Assembly (NCBI GenBank): GCA_030538475.1
Contig: JAUNTX010000009.1
Location: forward strand, 9,618-73,617
Length of the DNA stretch: 64,000 nt
Direction: 5' to 3'
Source of the DNA: Dermabacter sp.
GTDB lineage: Bacteria > Actinomycetota > Actinomycetes > Actinomycetales > Dermabacteraceae
Shown here: piece by piece, positions 53,484 to 62,887 of the stretch
Position numbering within the stretch: the first letter of the stretch is position 1
Layout of the letters: each line of letters begins with the position of its first letter
Notes under the pieces: model-generated
The model's input: the letters and a program-made list of their open reading frames with translations, nothing else
The model's database searches: none
Told to the model about the DNA's origin: nothing
Program-made: the position numbers and the translations under genes

Positions 53484-54661
53484 CACCGGTGCCGCTCGGC
53501 ATTGACGATATTTCGGCCGCGACGGGCTCGCTCATGTTCCCGCTCGCCTCCCTCGCCGACGCGCAGGGCACGAGCGCGGGCAAGTACCACCGCGGCATCG
53601 GCCAGGTGGAAATGAGCCTCCCGAGCGCCGACGAGGACATCGTGACCCTCGCGGCCCGAGCCGCCGCCCCCATCATCGAGCGCCACGGGACGGCCGGGAT
53701 CCGCACGGTCCTCTTCGCGACCGAATCCGGCATCGATCAGTCCAAGGCCGCGGGCATCTTCGTCCACGAACTCCTGGGTCTCGATCCTCACGTGCGTGTG
53801 GTGGAGCTCAAGGAGGCGTGCTACTCCGCGACCTCTGCCCTCCAGTTCGCGCTCGGTCTCGTGGCCCGCAGGCCTGACGAGAAGGTGCTCGTCATCGCGT
53901 CCGACGTGGCCCGCTACGAACTCGACTCAAGTGGCGAGGCTACCCAGGGCAGCGGCGCCGTCGCGATGCTCGTGACCGCGAACCCCCGCATCCTTCAGAT
54001 CGAGGACGCCTCCGGCCTGTTCACGGAGAACGTGCACGACTTCTGGCGCCCGAACGATCGCAGCACCGCCATCGTTGACGGCCGCTACTCCGTGACCGTG
54101 TACCTGCGCGCCGTCGAAGCCGCGTGGAACGACTACCTGAGCCGCGGGGGCGCCGAGTTCGCCTCCATCGCCCGCGTGTGCTTCCACCAGCCGTTCACGA
54201 AGATGGCCGCCAAGGCCATGCAGACCCTCGCCAAGGTGGCAGGGGCAGACGACGTGGCCGCGCGCGTGGCCTCGCTCGAGGACACGATGGTGCTCAACCG
54301 ACGCCTCGGCAACTCCTACACGGCCTCCACCTACATGGCGCTGCTGTCCCTCCTCGAGGGCGGCGCGCTCGACGCGGGGGAGAGGGTCGGTGTCTTCAGC
54401 TACGGCTCCGGCGCCGTCGCGGAGTTCTTCACCGGCCTGCTCGTCGACGGCTACCGCGACCAGCTGCGGCTCGGGGCCATGGACCGGATGCTCGACGAGC
54501 GCCGCGTCATCGAATACCCCGAGTACCGCGAGCGACACATCGCCTTCGACCGCGTGGGCGACCTCGAGACGCCGCACGAAACGTCCGGGCCCTTCCGCTT
54601 CGCTGGCGTGCGCGACTCGATCCGCGTGTACGAGAAGCTCGAGGGCTCTCCCAGCGCCTGA
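53480..54661 (+). CDS. mvaS: Hydroxymethylglutaryl-CoA synthase
   Basis: Thiolase-fold initiation enzyme: LGIDDISAATGSLMFPL…, EACYSATSAL (active-site Cys), HQPFTKM. Confidence 0.85.
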   Translation: MTPVPLGIDDISAATGSLMFPLASLADAQGTSAGKYHRGIGQVEMSLPSADEDIVTLAARAAAPIIERHGTAGIRTVLFATESGIDQSKAAGIFVHELLGLDPHVRVVELKEACYSATSALQFALGLVARRPDEKVLVIASDVARYELDSSGEATQGSGAVAMLVTANPRILQIEDASGLFTENVHDFWRPNDRSTAIVDGRYSVTVYLRAVEAAWNDYLSRGGAEFASIARVCFHQPFTKMAAKAMQTLAKVAGADDVAARVASLEDTMVLNRRLGNSYTASTYMALLSLLEGGALDAGERVGVFSYGSGAVAEFFTGLLVDGYRDQLRLGAMDRMLDERRVIEYPEYRERHIAFDRVGDLETPHETSGPFRFAGVRDSIRVYEKLEGSPSA

Positions 54662-54759
54662 TCCGGGCCGGGGTAGCGCATGCCACACCCCGAGAAGTTG
54701 GCGGCCAGGCACCCCGTGAGCTAGAGTTTTATTTCGTTCGGCCTTGGCCGGAAATACCC

Positions 54760-54834
54760 TGGGGTATGGTGTAATTGGCAACACGGCTGATTCTGGTTCA
54801 GTTGTTCTAGGTTCGAGTCCTGGTACCCCAGCCA
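54760..54834 (+). tRNA. tRNA-Gln (anticodon CTG)
   Basis: Cloverleaf folds by hand: acceptor TGGGGTA/TACCCCA (U1-A72 as in bacterial tRNA-Gln), D-stem GTGT/ACAC, anticodon stem GCTGA/TCAGT, loop TTCTGGT, T-arm CTAGG-TTCGAGT-CCTGG, G73 then CCA. Confidence 0.85.
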
Positions 54835-54838
54835 CACG

Positions 54839-54870
54839 CCTCGGGATTCCTCGCGAATCCCGAGGCTTTT
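54839..54870 (+). terminator. Rho-independent terminator after tRNA-Gln
   Basis: Perfect 11-bp stem CCTCGGGATTC / GAATCCCGAGG followed by CTTTT. Confidence 0.75.
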
Positions 54871-55017
54871 GCGTTGCCTGGGGCCTGGCATCAGCCTCGG
54901 GCTGGGGTGGTGGGCGCAGGAGCCCGCTCCAGGCGCGGCCTGCGAGCTGGATAAAATCCACACACTCTCAGGTGTTCTGTGCAAGGGTTTTATCCGCTGG
55001 GGATCAGGATGAGTTAT

Positions 55018-55917
55018 TCACTCCCAGATATGACGCTGTGGATTCCACGCGCCTGTTGCGGCGGACGTGAGCACCGGATCAGCGAACCCGGCCACCGCGG
55101 TGAGAACGTCGGCGAACGATGCTGGGAGCTCTGCCTCACGGTGCGTTCGCGTGCGCCAGGCGCGGTACTTCTGTTGAGCCCCTTCCTGCATTGGGTCAAG
55201 TGTGGGCAGCAGTGGTGCGAGGTCAACCGTGCGGTACTCCGCGACGGTCTCAAGTGACGCACGAAGGTCGCTGGCATCGACCGGGTGGAGCCCGACGAGC
55301 GTATAGACGTCGGCGAAGTCGCGCCAGCGGGTGTTGGCCACTCCGCGGTCGATGGCGGTCACGATCTTCTCCGCGAGCACCATTGTGAGTGGGTAGCCGA
55401 GGAGCCTGACAGTGGGTTGGTCAAGAGGCACGATGCGTGGCAAGTCGATGAGGCGCGGTGCGGGCCAGATCGGGTCACCAAAGTTCACGTCTATACCGAT
55501 CGCCAGCCGAGATTTCCCCAGATGTGCCGTGAGCTTCACTCGGACTCCCGCATACTCGTCGGCGTCTCGAATCGTTGTTGCGGTGATGCTGGAGGGGTCG
55601 AAGATGAGCCCGTCGGGAACAGTCAGAGCAGCGATGGCGCGAACCCGCTCGGTGACTTCTTCTGGATCTCCCGAAAGTCGGGTGGCTTGCAGATCGATGT
55701 CCTTCGTCGGCCGGCGCGCCGCGAAGGCTGCGAGGAGGACGCCGCCCTTGAGCACGAAGTCCTCCCGGTACGCAGATGCCGTGATCCGCGCCAAGAGTCC
55801 TTCGAGGGCATACAGCGTCATCAGTTCTTGAACGTCGGCCCCCGTGCGCCGGGCGAAACTGCGAATGGCAATGGCAGCGTCGCCAGCAGGGGTTCCATGT
55901 TGCGGAAGTGGGGTCAC
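55018..55917 (-). CDS. AbiEii/AbiGii-family nucleotidyltransferase toxin (DUF1814)
   Basis: MTPLPQHGTPAGDAAIAIRSF…EDFVLKGGVLLAAFAARRPTKDIDLQA… is the AbiEii NTase fold; 4-nt overlap with the upstream AbiEi gene. Confidence 0.8.
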   Translation of the reverse strand: MTPLPQHGTPAGDAAIAIRSFARRTGADVQELMTLYALEGLLARITASAYREDFVLKGGVLLAAFAARRPTKDIDLQATRLSGDPEEVTERVRAIAALTVPDGLIFDPSSITATTIRDADEYAGVRVKLTAHLGKSRLAIGIDVNFGDPIWPAPRLIDLPRIVPLDQPTVRLLGYPLTMVLAEKIVTAIDRGVANTRWRDFADVYTLVGLHPVDASDLRASLETVAEYRTVDLAPLLPTLDPMQEGAQQKYRAWRTRTHREAELPASFADVLTAVAGFADPVLTSAATGAWNPQRHIWE

Positions 55918-56495
55918 AGCAGAACCTCCAGGGCCTGCCGGATGGCAGGAAGCGCCGACGGGAAGTTGCCCGCCATGGCAAGCAGCGTGCCGGGGCTACT
56001 GTCGCGCCTGCTCAACCACTGCTTGAGAGAGCCGATGGCAAGGTCGCTGCCCCACGCGTGCCGCAACCGGAATGCATCAATCAGCGTGCGTTCGGCCGAG
56101 TACAGGCCAATGGAGCGCCCGCCCGGCAGGGCGTATTGATCGCGGCCGATGTCAAAAGTGTCGGTGGCGAAGCTGTGCCAGGTAATAGGCGCGTGACGGA
56201 CGGTGACAGGCTGTGTGCCACGGGGGATAGCGATGTCGCTGCGAGTGGGGATTTCGTCGGTGAGCCCATGGAGAGACAGCGCCGTGAGAAGGCACAGTGT
56301 TGCGTCGGGCTTCTTCGTTGTGATCGCCATCCATGCCGCGGTGGTGTCATCTGTGAGTCCTGCGCGGAGAAAAAGGCCGGGCGAGACGCGCTCGAACTCG
56401 CCTGAGCTAAGAAGGAGGTCGAGGCCGTGGCGGGTGAGTCCCTGGTGGGCGAGGTCTTCGTAGCGAAGGAGGTCGGGCAGTGTCGCGGTATCCAT
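55914..56495 (-). CDS. AbiEi-family antitoxin/transcriptional regulator
   Basis: MDTATLPDLLRYEDLAHQGLTRHGLDLLLSSGEFERVSPGLFL is the AbiEi N-terminal winged-helix domain. AGGAGG RBS; paired with AbiEii. Confidence 0.75.
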   Translation of the reverse strand: MDTATLPDLLRYEDLAHQGLTRHGLDLLLSSGEFERVSPGLFLRAGLTDDTTAAWMAITTKKPDATLCLLTALSLHGLTDEIPTRSDIAIPRGTQPVTVRHAPITWHSFATDTFDIGRDQYALPGGRSIGLYSAERTLIDAFRLRHAWGSDLAIGSLKQWLSRRDSSPGTLLAMAGNFPSALPAIRQALEVLL

Positions 56496-56510
56496 CGTTG
56501 CCTCCTGTTC

Positions 56511-56555
56511 GGCAGAAACTCAGACACACACAGCATACCTGTCGTAGTTTCTGCC
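56511..56555 (-). promoter_or_regulatory. Inverted-repeat operator in the abiEi promoter
   Basis: Perfect 10-bp arms GGCAGAAACT … AGTTTCTGCC separated by 25 nt, about 15 bp upstream of the abiEi RBS. Confidence 0.55.
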
Positions 56556-56697
56556 GTAAAGCGGTGGGGTGCCGCGGCGGGCCCTGAACGGCACCCAAGG
56601 CCCCGCGATGCCCCGCGACTCAGATCACACGCTCTCAGTTTGGGGCCACTCCGGGTGGCTGCTAAGCTATTCAAGGCTTCGGAAGCGAAGATCACTG

Positions 56698-56773
56698 GCC
56701 CCGTTCGTCTAGCGGCCTAGGACGTCGCCCTCTCACGGCGGTAACACCGGTTCAAATCCGGTACGGGGTACCA
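56698..56773 (+). tRNA. tRNA-Glu (anticodon CTC)
   Basis: Acceptor GCCCCGT/ACGGGGT (G1·U72, common in actinobacterial tRNA-Glu), short D-stem GTC/GAC, anticodon stem TCGCC/GGCGG, loop CTCTCAC, T-arm ACCGG-TTCAAAT-CCGGT, A73 then CCA. Confidence 0.8.
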
Positions 56774-56780
56774 GAGCATG

Positions 56781-56816
56781 AAGGCCCGATCACTTCGGTG
56801 ATCGGGCCTTTGTCGT
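56781..56816 (+). terminator. Rho-independent terminator after tRNA-Glu
   Basis: Perfect 13-bp stem AAGGCCCGATCAC / GTGATCGGGCCTT, loop TTCG, then TGTCGTG. Confidence 0.7.
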
Positions 56817-56957
56817 GCGTGAACGTCTGCGCGTGCGGGCGCGGACGCTCATCTTCGTGGGGACCGTCCTGATGCAGGGGCCCGGGAGAGAGGTCTAGAC
56901 TGGAGGAGCCAGGTAACCCGGCTCACATGGGAGTGGGCACTGTTCAGGAGGAACAAG

Positions 56958-57773
56958 ATGAGCACTGCATCCGGCCGCATCGTTGTGGGTGTGGAAGATA
57001 CCGAAGAATCCGATCGCGCGATCCGCTGGGCAGCCAAGCACGCACTGGCCACCGACACGACCCTGCACCTCGTGCACGCGTTCGTGTGGCCGCTCATGGG
57101 CGTCGATGTGGACCCGGTGCCGGGCGTCAGTGGCTCGGGCCTCAAGGTCTCCGCGCAGCGACTCCTGGACGAAGCGGCAGATATCGCTCGCGAAGTGGCC
57201 CCCGGCGTCAACGTCACCACCGAAATCGTGGACGGTCGCGCCGTCGACGTGCTCATCGGCCAGTCCGAGACAGCGAAGGCGCTCGTCGTCGGCTCGCGCG
57301 GGCTCGGCCGCTTCCTCTCGCTCATCGTGGGCTCCACGAGTTCCGCGCTGATCTCGCGCGCGAAGTGCTCAATTGTGGTGGTGCGCGGCGATCTGGAGAG
57401 CACAGGCCCCGTCGCCGTGTTCTACGACGGAGGCGCACACTTTGAGCGGGCGCTCGAGCGCGCCGCGGAGTTCGCGGGGCTGTTCGGCACGAGCGTCCGC
57501 GTGATTCCCTCCATCGTGATTCCCGAAGGCCGGTGGCAGGGCATCCTCGAAAAGGCGCAAGCGCACCTGCGGGATGTGGCGCCCACGGTCGAGGTGGACA
57601 TCACGGAGTTTGGGCGCGAGCACACTGCCAAGGAGCTCTTGCGCCGCAGCGAAGGCACCCGCCTCATCGTGGCCAACGCGCGCGATAAGAACGACGAGGG
57701 TGCTCAGCCGGTGGTCTCCAACACCGCATTCCTGCAGTACGCCCACACCCCGGTGTGGCTCGAGCGGGCCTAG
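56958..57773 (+). CDS. Universal stress protein (tandem UspA domains)
   Basis: Two USP domains: IVVGVEDTEESDRAIRWAA…VVGSRGLGRFLSLIVGSTSSALISRAKCSIVVV, then a second repeat. Confidence 0.8.
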   Translation: MSTASGRIVVGVEDTEESDRAIRWAAKHALATDTTLHLVHAFVWPLMGVDVDPVPGVSGSGLKVSAQRLLDEAADIAREVAPGVNVTTEIVDGRAVDVLIGQSETAKALVVGSRGLGRFLSLIVGSTSSALISRAKCSIVVVRGDLESTGPVAVFYDGGAHFERALERAAEFAGLFGTSVRVIPSIVIPEGRWQGILEKAQAHLRDVAPTVEVDITEFGREHTAKELLRRSEGTRLIVANARDKNDEGAQPVVSNTAFLQYAHTPVWLERA

Positions 57774-58501
57774 CCTGCCGCGCGGCGAATCACCTCGGTG
57801 AGGTGGTTCGCCGAACTAATGACCGCGGTCGCGTGGAGCCTGCCGGGCTGCCGGGTCATCCGCTCGATGGGCCCGGAGATAGATAGGGCGGCGATCACGC
57901 GGCCGTGAGGCCCACGCACCGGAGCGCTCACGGACGCCACGCCCGATTCGCGCTCGCCGACGCTCTGCGCCCAGCCGCGACGGCGCACGGCCGACAGCAT
58001 GGTGGCCGTGAAGCGCGCCCCGTGGAGGCCGCGGTGCAGGCGATCCGGTTCCTCCCAGGCCAGGAGAATCTGCGCGGCGGAACCGGCACGCATCGTGAGG
58101 GTCGCGCCGAGCGGCACCGAATCGCGCAGGCCAATCGGGCGCTCCGCGGTGGCCACGCAGATGCGGTGATCGCCCTGGCGCCGGTAGAGTTGCGCCGATT
58201 CCCCGGTGTGATCGCGCAGGGCGGCGAGCACGGGGCCGGCCGCGGCCAGCAGCCGGTCTTCACCGGCGGCGGCGGCAAGTTCGGTCAGGCGAGGGCCCAG
58301 GATGAAACGTCCCTGCATGTCGCGCGTGACGAGCCGGTGGTGCTCGAGGGCAACGGCGAGGCGATGGGCGGTGGGCCGGGCGAGGCCCGTGGACTGCACG
58401 AGCTGTGCGAGGGTGGCGGGGCCGGCCTCCAGGGCTCCGAGCACGGAGGCTGCCTTGTCGAGGACGCCGACGCCGCTTCCGTCTTCCTTCTCAATGTTCA
58501 T
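57770..58501 (-). CDS. IclR-family transcriptional regulator (LtbR-like; divergent from leuCD)
   Basis: N-terminal [39 protein letters not shown] and an IclR effector domain. Position and orientation match the Rv2989/LtbR regulators upstream of leuC. Confidence 0.8.
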   Translation of the reverse strand: MNIEKEDGSGVGVLDKAASVLGALEAGPATLAQLVQSTGLARPTAHRLAVALEHHRLVTRDMQGRFILGPRLTELAAAAGEDRLLAAAGPVLAALRDHTGESAQLYRRQGDHRICVATAERPIGLRDSVPLGATLTMRAGSAAQILLAWEEPDRLHRGLHGARFTATMLSAVRRRGWAQSVGERESGVASVSAPVRGPHGRVIAALSISGPIERMTRQPGRLHATAVISSANHLTEVIRRAAG

Positions 58502-58505
58502 GGAC

Positions 58506-58521
58506 TAAGACTAGCGTCTTA
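58506..58521 (+). promoter_or_regulatory. Perfect palindrome TAAGAC-TAGC-GTCTTA in the ltbR-leuC divergent intergenic region (candidate IclR operator)
   Basis: 16-bp palindrome lying 5 nt from the ltbR start codon. Confidence 0.35.
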
Positions 58522-58674
58522 GATAGTGAAACGCACATGCGGTGTTTCGTGGACACCCGCACTATTGCAGTGAGCACCGGTGCGCCTCGAATCCAACGGC
58601 GTGCCAGGGAACCGTCGGCCCCACCCGATCCGGATGGCTGGCGTGACCAACAAACGACACAAGGAGTCCTGAGC

Positions 58675-60087
58675 ATGGCGGGGACACTCGCAGAAAAAGT
58701 GTGGCACGACCACGTGGTCCGCAAGGGTGAGGGCAACGAGCCCGACCTTCTGTACATCGATCTTCACCTCCTTCACGAGGTGACCTCGCCCCAGGCCTTC
58801 GACGGCCTCCGCCAGGAACAGCGCCCCCTTCGCCGCCTCGATCAGACGATCGCCACCGAGGATCACAACACGCCGACCCTCAACATCGACCAGCCGATTG
58901 CCGACATCACGAGCCGCACGCAGATCAACACGCTGCGCGCGAACGCCGAGGAGTTCGGCGTGCGCATCCACTCGCTCGGCGATGTCGAACAGGGGATCGT
59001 CCACGTGGTGGGCCCCCAGCTGGGCCTCACCATGCCCGGCATCACCGTGGTGTGCGGCGACTCCCACACCTCCACCCACGGCGCGTTCGGCGCGCTCGCC
59101 TTCGGCATCGGCACCTCCGAGGTCGAACACGTGCTCGCCACCCAGACCCTCCCGCTCAAGCCGTTCAAGACCATGGCCATCACCGTCAACGGCGAGCTGA
59201 AGCCAGGCGTGAGCGCGAAAGACATCATCCTCGCCGTCATCGCCAAGATCGGCACCGGCGGCGGCCAGGGCTACGTGCTCGAATACCGCGGCGACGCCAT
59301 CCGCGCACTCTCGATGGAGGGCCGCATGACGATCTGCAACATGTCCATCGAGGCCGGTGCTCGCGCGGGCATGATCGCCCCGGACGAAACCACGTTCGAG
59401 TACGTCAAGGGCCGCCCGCACGCCCCCGAGGGCGAGGCATGGGACGAAGCCGTCGAATACTGGCGAAGCCTCAGCAGCGACGAGGACGCCACGTTCGACG
59501 CCGAAGTCATCATCAACGCCGACGAGCTCGAACCCTTCGTGACGTGGGGGACCAACCCGGGCCAGGGCCTGCCCCTATCGGCTACCGTCCCCACGCCCGA
59601 GACCATCACCGACGAAACTGAGCGAGTGAGCGCCGAACGCGCCATCGAATACATGGACCTCGTTCCGGGCATGCCGCTCAAGGACATCAAGGTGGACACC
59701 GTGTTCATGGGCTCGTGCACCAACGGCCGCATCGAGGACCTGCGCGCGTTCACGGAGATCATTCGCGGCCGCACGAAGAGTCCCGACGTGCGCGTGCTCG
59801 TGGTCCCCGGCTCGGCGCGCGTGCGCCTCCAGGCAGAGCAAGAGGGCCTGCACGAAGACATCCTCGCGTTCGGCGCCGAATGGCGAAACGCGGGCTGCTC
59901 GATGTGCCTCGGGATGAACCCCGATCAGCTGGCACCGGGTGAGCGCAGCGCCTCCACCTCGAACCGTAACTTCGAGGGCCGACAGGGCAAGGGCGGGCGC
60001 ACGCACCTCGTCTCACCCGTCGTGGCTGCCGCCACCGCCGTGCGCGGCACCCTGTCCTCGCCCGCCGACCTGGAGCCCGCGCGCTAG
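58675..60087 (+). CDS. leuC: 3-isopropylmalate dehydratase large subunit
   Basis: [15 protein letters not shown]…[18 protein letters not shown]…, aconitase-family Cys motifs (CGDSHT, GSCTNGR). AAGGAG RBS. Confidence 0.92.
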   Translation: MAGTLAEKVWHDHVVRKGEGNEPDLLYIDLHLLHEVTSPQAFDGLRQEQRPLRRLDQTIATEDHNTPTLNIDQPIADITSRTQINTLRANAEEFGVRIHSLGDVEQGIVHVVGPQLGLTMPGITVVCGDSHTSTHGAFGALAFGIGTSEVEHVLATQTLPLKPFKTMAITVNGELKPGVSAKDIILAVIAKIGTGGGQGYVLEYRGDAIRALSMEGRMTICNMSIEAGARAGMIAPDETTFEYVKGRPHAPEGEAWDEAVEYWRSLSSDEDATFDAEVIINADELEPFVTWGTNPGQGLPLSATVPTPETITDETERVSAERAIEYMDLVPGMPLKDIKVDTVFMGSCTNGRIEDLRAFTEIIRGRTKSPDVRVLVVPGSARVRLQAEQEGLHEDILAFGAEWRNAGCSMCLGMNPDQLAPGERSASTSNRNFEGRQGKGGRTHLVSPVVAAATAVRGTLSSPADLEPAR

Positions 60088-60132
60088 ACCCCGCGCCTAG
60101 CCCCGCTCGCTCCACCAGGAAGGACCCCTCCC

Positions 60133-60750
60133 ATGGAAAAGTTCACCACCCATACCGGCGTCGGCGTGCCGCTGCGCCGCAGCAACGTTGACACCGACCA
60201 GATCATCCCCGCGGTCTACCTCAAGCGCGTCACGAAGACGGGCTTCGAGGACGGCCTCTTCAGCGCCTGGCGCAACGATCCCGACTTCGTGCTCAACCAG
60301 GATGCCTACACCCACGGCACGGTCCTTGTTGCCGGTCCCGAGTTCGGTACGGGATCCTCCCGCGAACACGCCGTGTGGGCGCTGCGCGACTACGGCTTCG
60401 CCGCCGTCCTCTCAAGCCGCTTCGCCGATATCTTCCGCGGCAACGCGGGCAAGCAGGGGCTAGTAGCCGCCCAGCTCGACCAGAGCGACATCGAGCAGAT
60501 CTGGAAGATCCTCGACAACGCCCCCGGCACGCCCATCACCGTGGACCTCGAAGCGCGCCAGGTGCACGTGGCCGACGCCACGTTCGCCTTCGAGATCGAC
60601 GACTACACCCGCTGGCGCCTTATGGAGGGCCTCGACGACATCGGCCTCACGCTGCGCCACGAAGCCGACATCGATGCGTTCGAGTCCACCCGGCCGCGCT
60701 GGATGCCGAAGACCCTCCCGGTGAAGACCGAGGACACGGCCACGGCCTGA
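60133..60750 (+). CDS. leuD: 3-isopropylmalate dehydratase small subunit
   Basis: [26 protein letters not shown]…[13 protein letters not shown]. Confidence 0.92.
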   Translation: MEKFTTHTGVGVPLRRSNVDTDQIIPAVYLKRVTKTGFEDGLFSAWRNDPDFVLNQDAYTHGTVLVAGPEFGTGSSREHAVWALRDYGFAAVLSSRFADIFRGNAGKQGLVAAQLDQSDIEQIWKILDNAPGTPITVDLEARQVHVADATFAFEIDDYTRWRLMEGLDDIGLTLRHEADIDAFESTRPRWMPKTLPVKTEDTATA

Positions 60751-60938
60751 GCTCCTTCTTGACTCGAGACACCCGCAGTGGGCGTCGTCGCATGTGGTGC
60801 GGCGGCGCCCACCTGCTTTTCCGCTGGCCGTGAACACGCACGGGCGCCGGTTCACGCGCGCGGAGGAATTCTCACGGCACTTCGGTATGGTGGAGCGGTT
60901 AGCCGTCTTCCGGCCCACGCGAGGAAAACAAGGACACG

Positions 60939-62255
60939 ATGAGCACCACCTTCTATGTACGCGGCGGTAAGCCGCTTCGCGGAGAAATCACCGTTCGCGG
61001 CGCCAAGAACTTCGTGTCGAAAGCCATGGTGGCCGCCCTCCTCGGCGACACCCCCAGCGAGCTTTCGAGCGTCCCCGACATCAGCGACGTGCGGATCGTG
61101 AGCGAACTGCTCAAGGTGCACGGCGTGCGAGTCACGCGCGACAACGACGCCGGCACGATCATCATGGACTCCGCCAACGTGGAAAAAGCGCACGTGGCCG
61201 ATATCGACGCGCACGCGGGAAGCTCGCGCATCCCGATCCTCTTCTGTGGCCCCCTGCTGCACCGCCTCGGCGAGGCCACCATCCCCGATCTTGGCGGCTG
61301 CCGGATCGGTGACAGGCCCATCAACTACCACCTCGACGTGCTGCGTAACTTCGGCGCGAACGTGGAAAAGCGCGAGCACGGCATCTTCATCACGGCCCCT
61401 GACGGCCTGCGCGGCGCGAAGATCCGCCTCGAATACCCGAGCGTGGGCGCGACCGAACAGGTGCTGCTCACGGCGGTGCGCGCCAAGGGCATCACCGAGC
61501 TGGAAAACGCCGCGGTAGAGCCGGAAATCGAAGACCTCATCCACGTGCTGCAGAAGATGGGCGCGATGATCTCGCTGCGCACCGATCGCACCATCGTGAT
61601 CGAGGGCGTCGAGGAACTGCACGGCTACACTCACCGCGCGCTGCCGGACCGCATCGAGGCCGCCAGCTGGGCCTGCGCGGCGCTCGTGACGGGCGGCGAT
61701 GTGTTCGTACGCGGCGCGGAACAGAAGGGCATGGCCACCTTCCTCAACGTGCTGCGCAAGGTGGGCGCGGGCATGGAGATCCTCGACGACGGCATCCGCT
61801 TTTACGACACGGGCAAGGGCCTGAAGTCCGTCGCCATCGAGACCGACGTGCACCCCGGCTTCATGACGGACTGGCAGCAGCCCCTCGTGGTGCTGCTGAC
61901 GCAGGCCGAAGGCATCTCGATCGTGCACGAAACCGTGTATGAGAACCGCCTGGGCTTCACGCGCGCGCTCAACGACATGGGGGCACAGATCCAGGTGTAC
62001 CGCGAGTGCCTCGGCGGCTCGAGCTGCCGGTTCGGCCAGCGCAACTACAACCATTCCGCGGTGGTCAGCGGCCCGCGCCCGCTCTCGGGTGCGAACATCA
62101 CGGTGCCCGATCTGCGCGGCGGCTTCAGCTACCTCATCGCGGCCCTCGGCGCTACCGGCGTGTCCCAGATTCACGGCATCGATCTCATCGACCGCGGCTA
62201 CGAGGCCTTCCGGGACAAGCTGCGCGCGCTCGGCGCAGACTTCTGGGAAGACTGA
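60939..62255 (+). CDS. murA: UDP-N-acetylglucosamine 1-carboxyvinyltransferase
   Basis: EPT family: FYVRGGKPLRGEITVRGAKNFVSKAMVAALL…. Confidence 0.9.
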   Translation: MSTTFYVRGGKPLRGEITVRGAKNFVSKAMVAALLGDTPSELSSVPDISDVRIVSELLKVHGVRVTRDNDAGTIIMDSANVEKAHVADIDAHAGSSRIPILFCGPLLHRLGEATIPDLGGCRIGDRPINYHLDVLRNFGANVEKREHGIFITAPDGLRGAKIRLEYPSVGATEQVLLTAVRAKGITELENAAVEPEIEDLIHVLQKMGAMISLRTDRTIVIEGVEELHGYTHRALPDRIEAASWACAALVTGGDVFVRGAEQKGMATFLNVLRKVGAGMEILDDGIRFYDTGKGLKSVAIETDVHPGFMTDWQQPLVVLLTQAEGISIVHETVYENRLGFTRALNDMGAQIQVYRECLGGSSCRFGQRNYNHSAVVSGPRPLSGANITVPDLRGGFSYLIAALGATGVSQIHGIDLIDRGYEAFRDKLRALGADFWED

Positions 62256-62271
62256 GCGGAAAGGCGGCGGC

Positions 62272-62886
62272 GTGAGCGACGGCGAGATCATCGACGGGGC
62301 CGGGGCACGAGCGAGCGGCTACACGTCGCTTGCCCTGCGGGACATTCCCGTCCCGGACTACTGCGACGTGGTCATCGTGCCCACGCGCGGCGTGCGCGAG
62401 ACCGATCCCGAGGTGTGGGCGAGCGCGATCTTCTCCCACGACAACGCCACCCTGGCCTCGCGCGGCGCTAAGGCGCTGCGGGACGAAGCCATTCGCCTCT
62501 TCGACCTCGTGCCGCCGCCCGCGAAGGACCGCGTGGTGAGCGAGGTCGTCGGCGCCGAAGCGCTCATCATTGACGACACACCCTCGCTGCGGGTGCGCAT
62601 CGGGGTGGCGGTTGAGCCGGGCGGCGATTTGGTGCGCGTGACGACCGCGGTGAAGTATCGCTCGATCCGTGGCCGCCTCACGTTTGGCCCGCGCCGCCTC
62701 ATGCACGCGGCCGCCGTCCACACTCTTGCCCGCCGCGCACCCGTGACCATTCGGCGCCGGGCGCAGATCGCGCCGCCGTCGGCCCCCCGCACCATCGAGG
62801 CGGGTTCCCTGCCCGGTCGTGCTCGCATCGAGGCGCCGCGCACCGGGGACTCTTCGGCTCAGCGAAGGTCGGGCAGTGGCGACTGA
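62272..62886 (+). CDS. Hypothetical protein between murA and gpsA
   Basis: Coherent ORF VSDGEIIDGAGARASGYTSLALRDIPVPDYCDVVIVPTRGVRETDP…; positional equivalent of the Rv2983/cg1491 slot, but no motif is recognised with confidence. Confidence 0.35.
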   Translation: MSDGEIIDGAGARASGYTSLALRDIPVPDYCDVVIVPTRGVRETDPEVWASAIFSHDNATLASRGAKALRDEAIRLFDLVPPPAKDRVVSEVVGAEALIIDDTPSLRVRIGVAVEPGGDLVRVTTAVKYRSIRGRLTFGPRRLMHAAAVHTLARRAPVTIRRRAQIAPPSAPRTIEAGSLPGRARIEAPRTGDSSAQRRSGSGD

Positions 62887-62887
62887 G

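Noticed and set aside
54835-56697. Integrase or attL/attR direct repeats flanking the AbiE islet
   Set aside because: No integrase/recombinase ORF is present and no duplication of the tRNA-Gln 3' end was found near tRNA-Glu. The islet appears to be a bare TA insertion, or an ancient one.
58530-58674. leu leader peptide upstream of leuC
   Set aside because: The only small ORF ([15 protein letters not shown]…) is not Leu-rich and has no terminator after it, so there is no evidence for attenuation.
62272-62886. FbiD/CofC (2-phospho-L-lactate guanylyltransferase), which occupies this slot upstream of gpsA in mycobacteria
   Set aside because: The nucleotide-binding N-terminal motif expected for CofC is not recognisable, so the gene is left as hypothetical.
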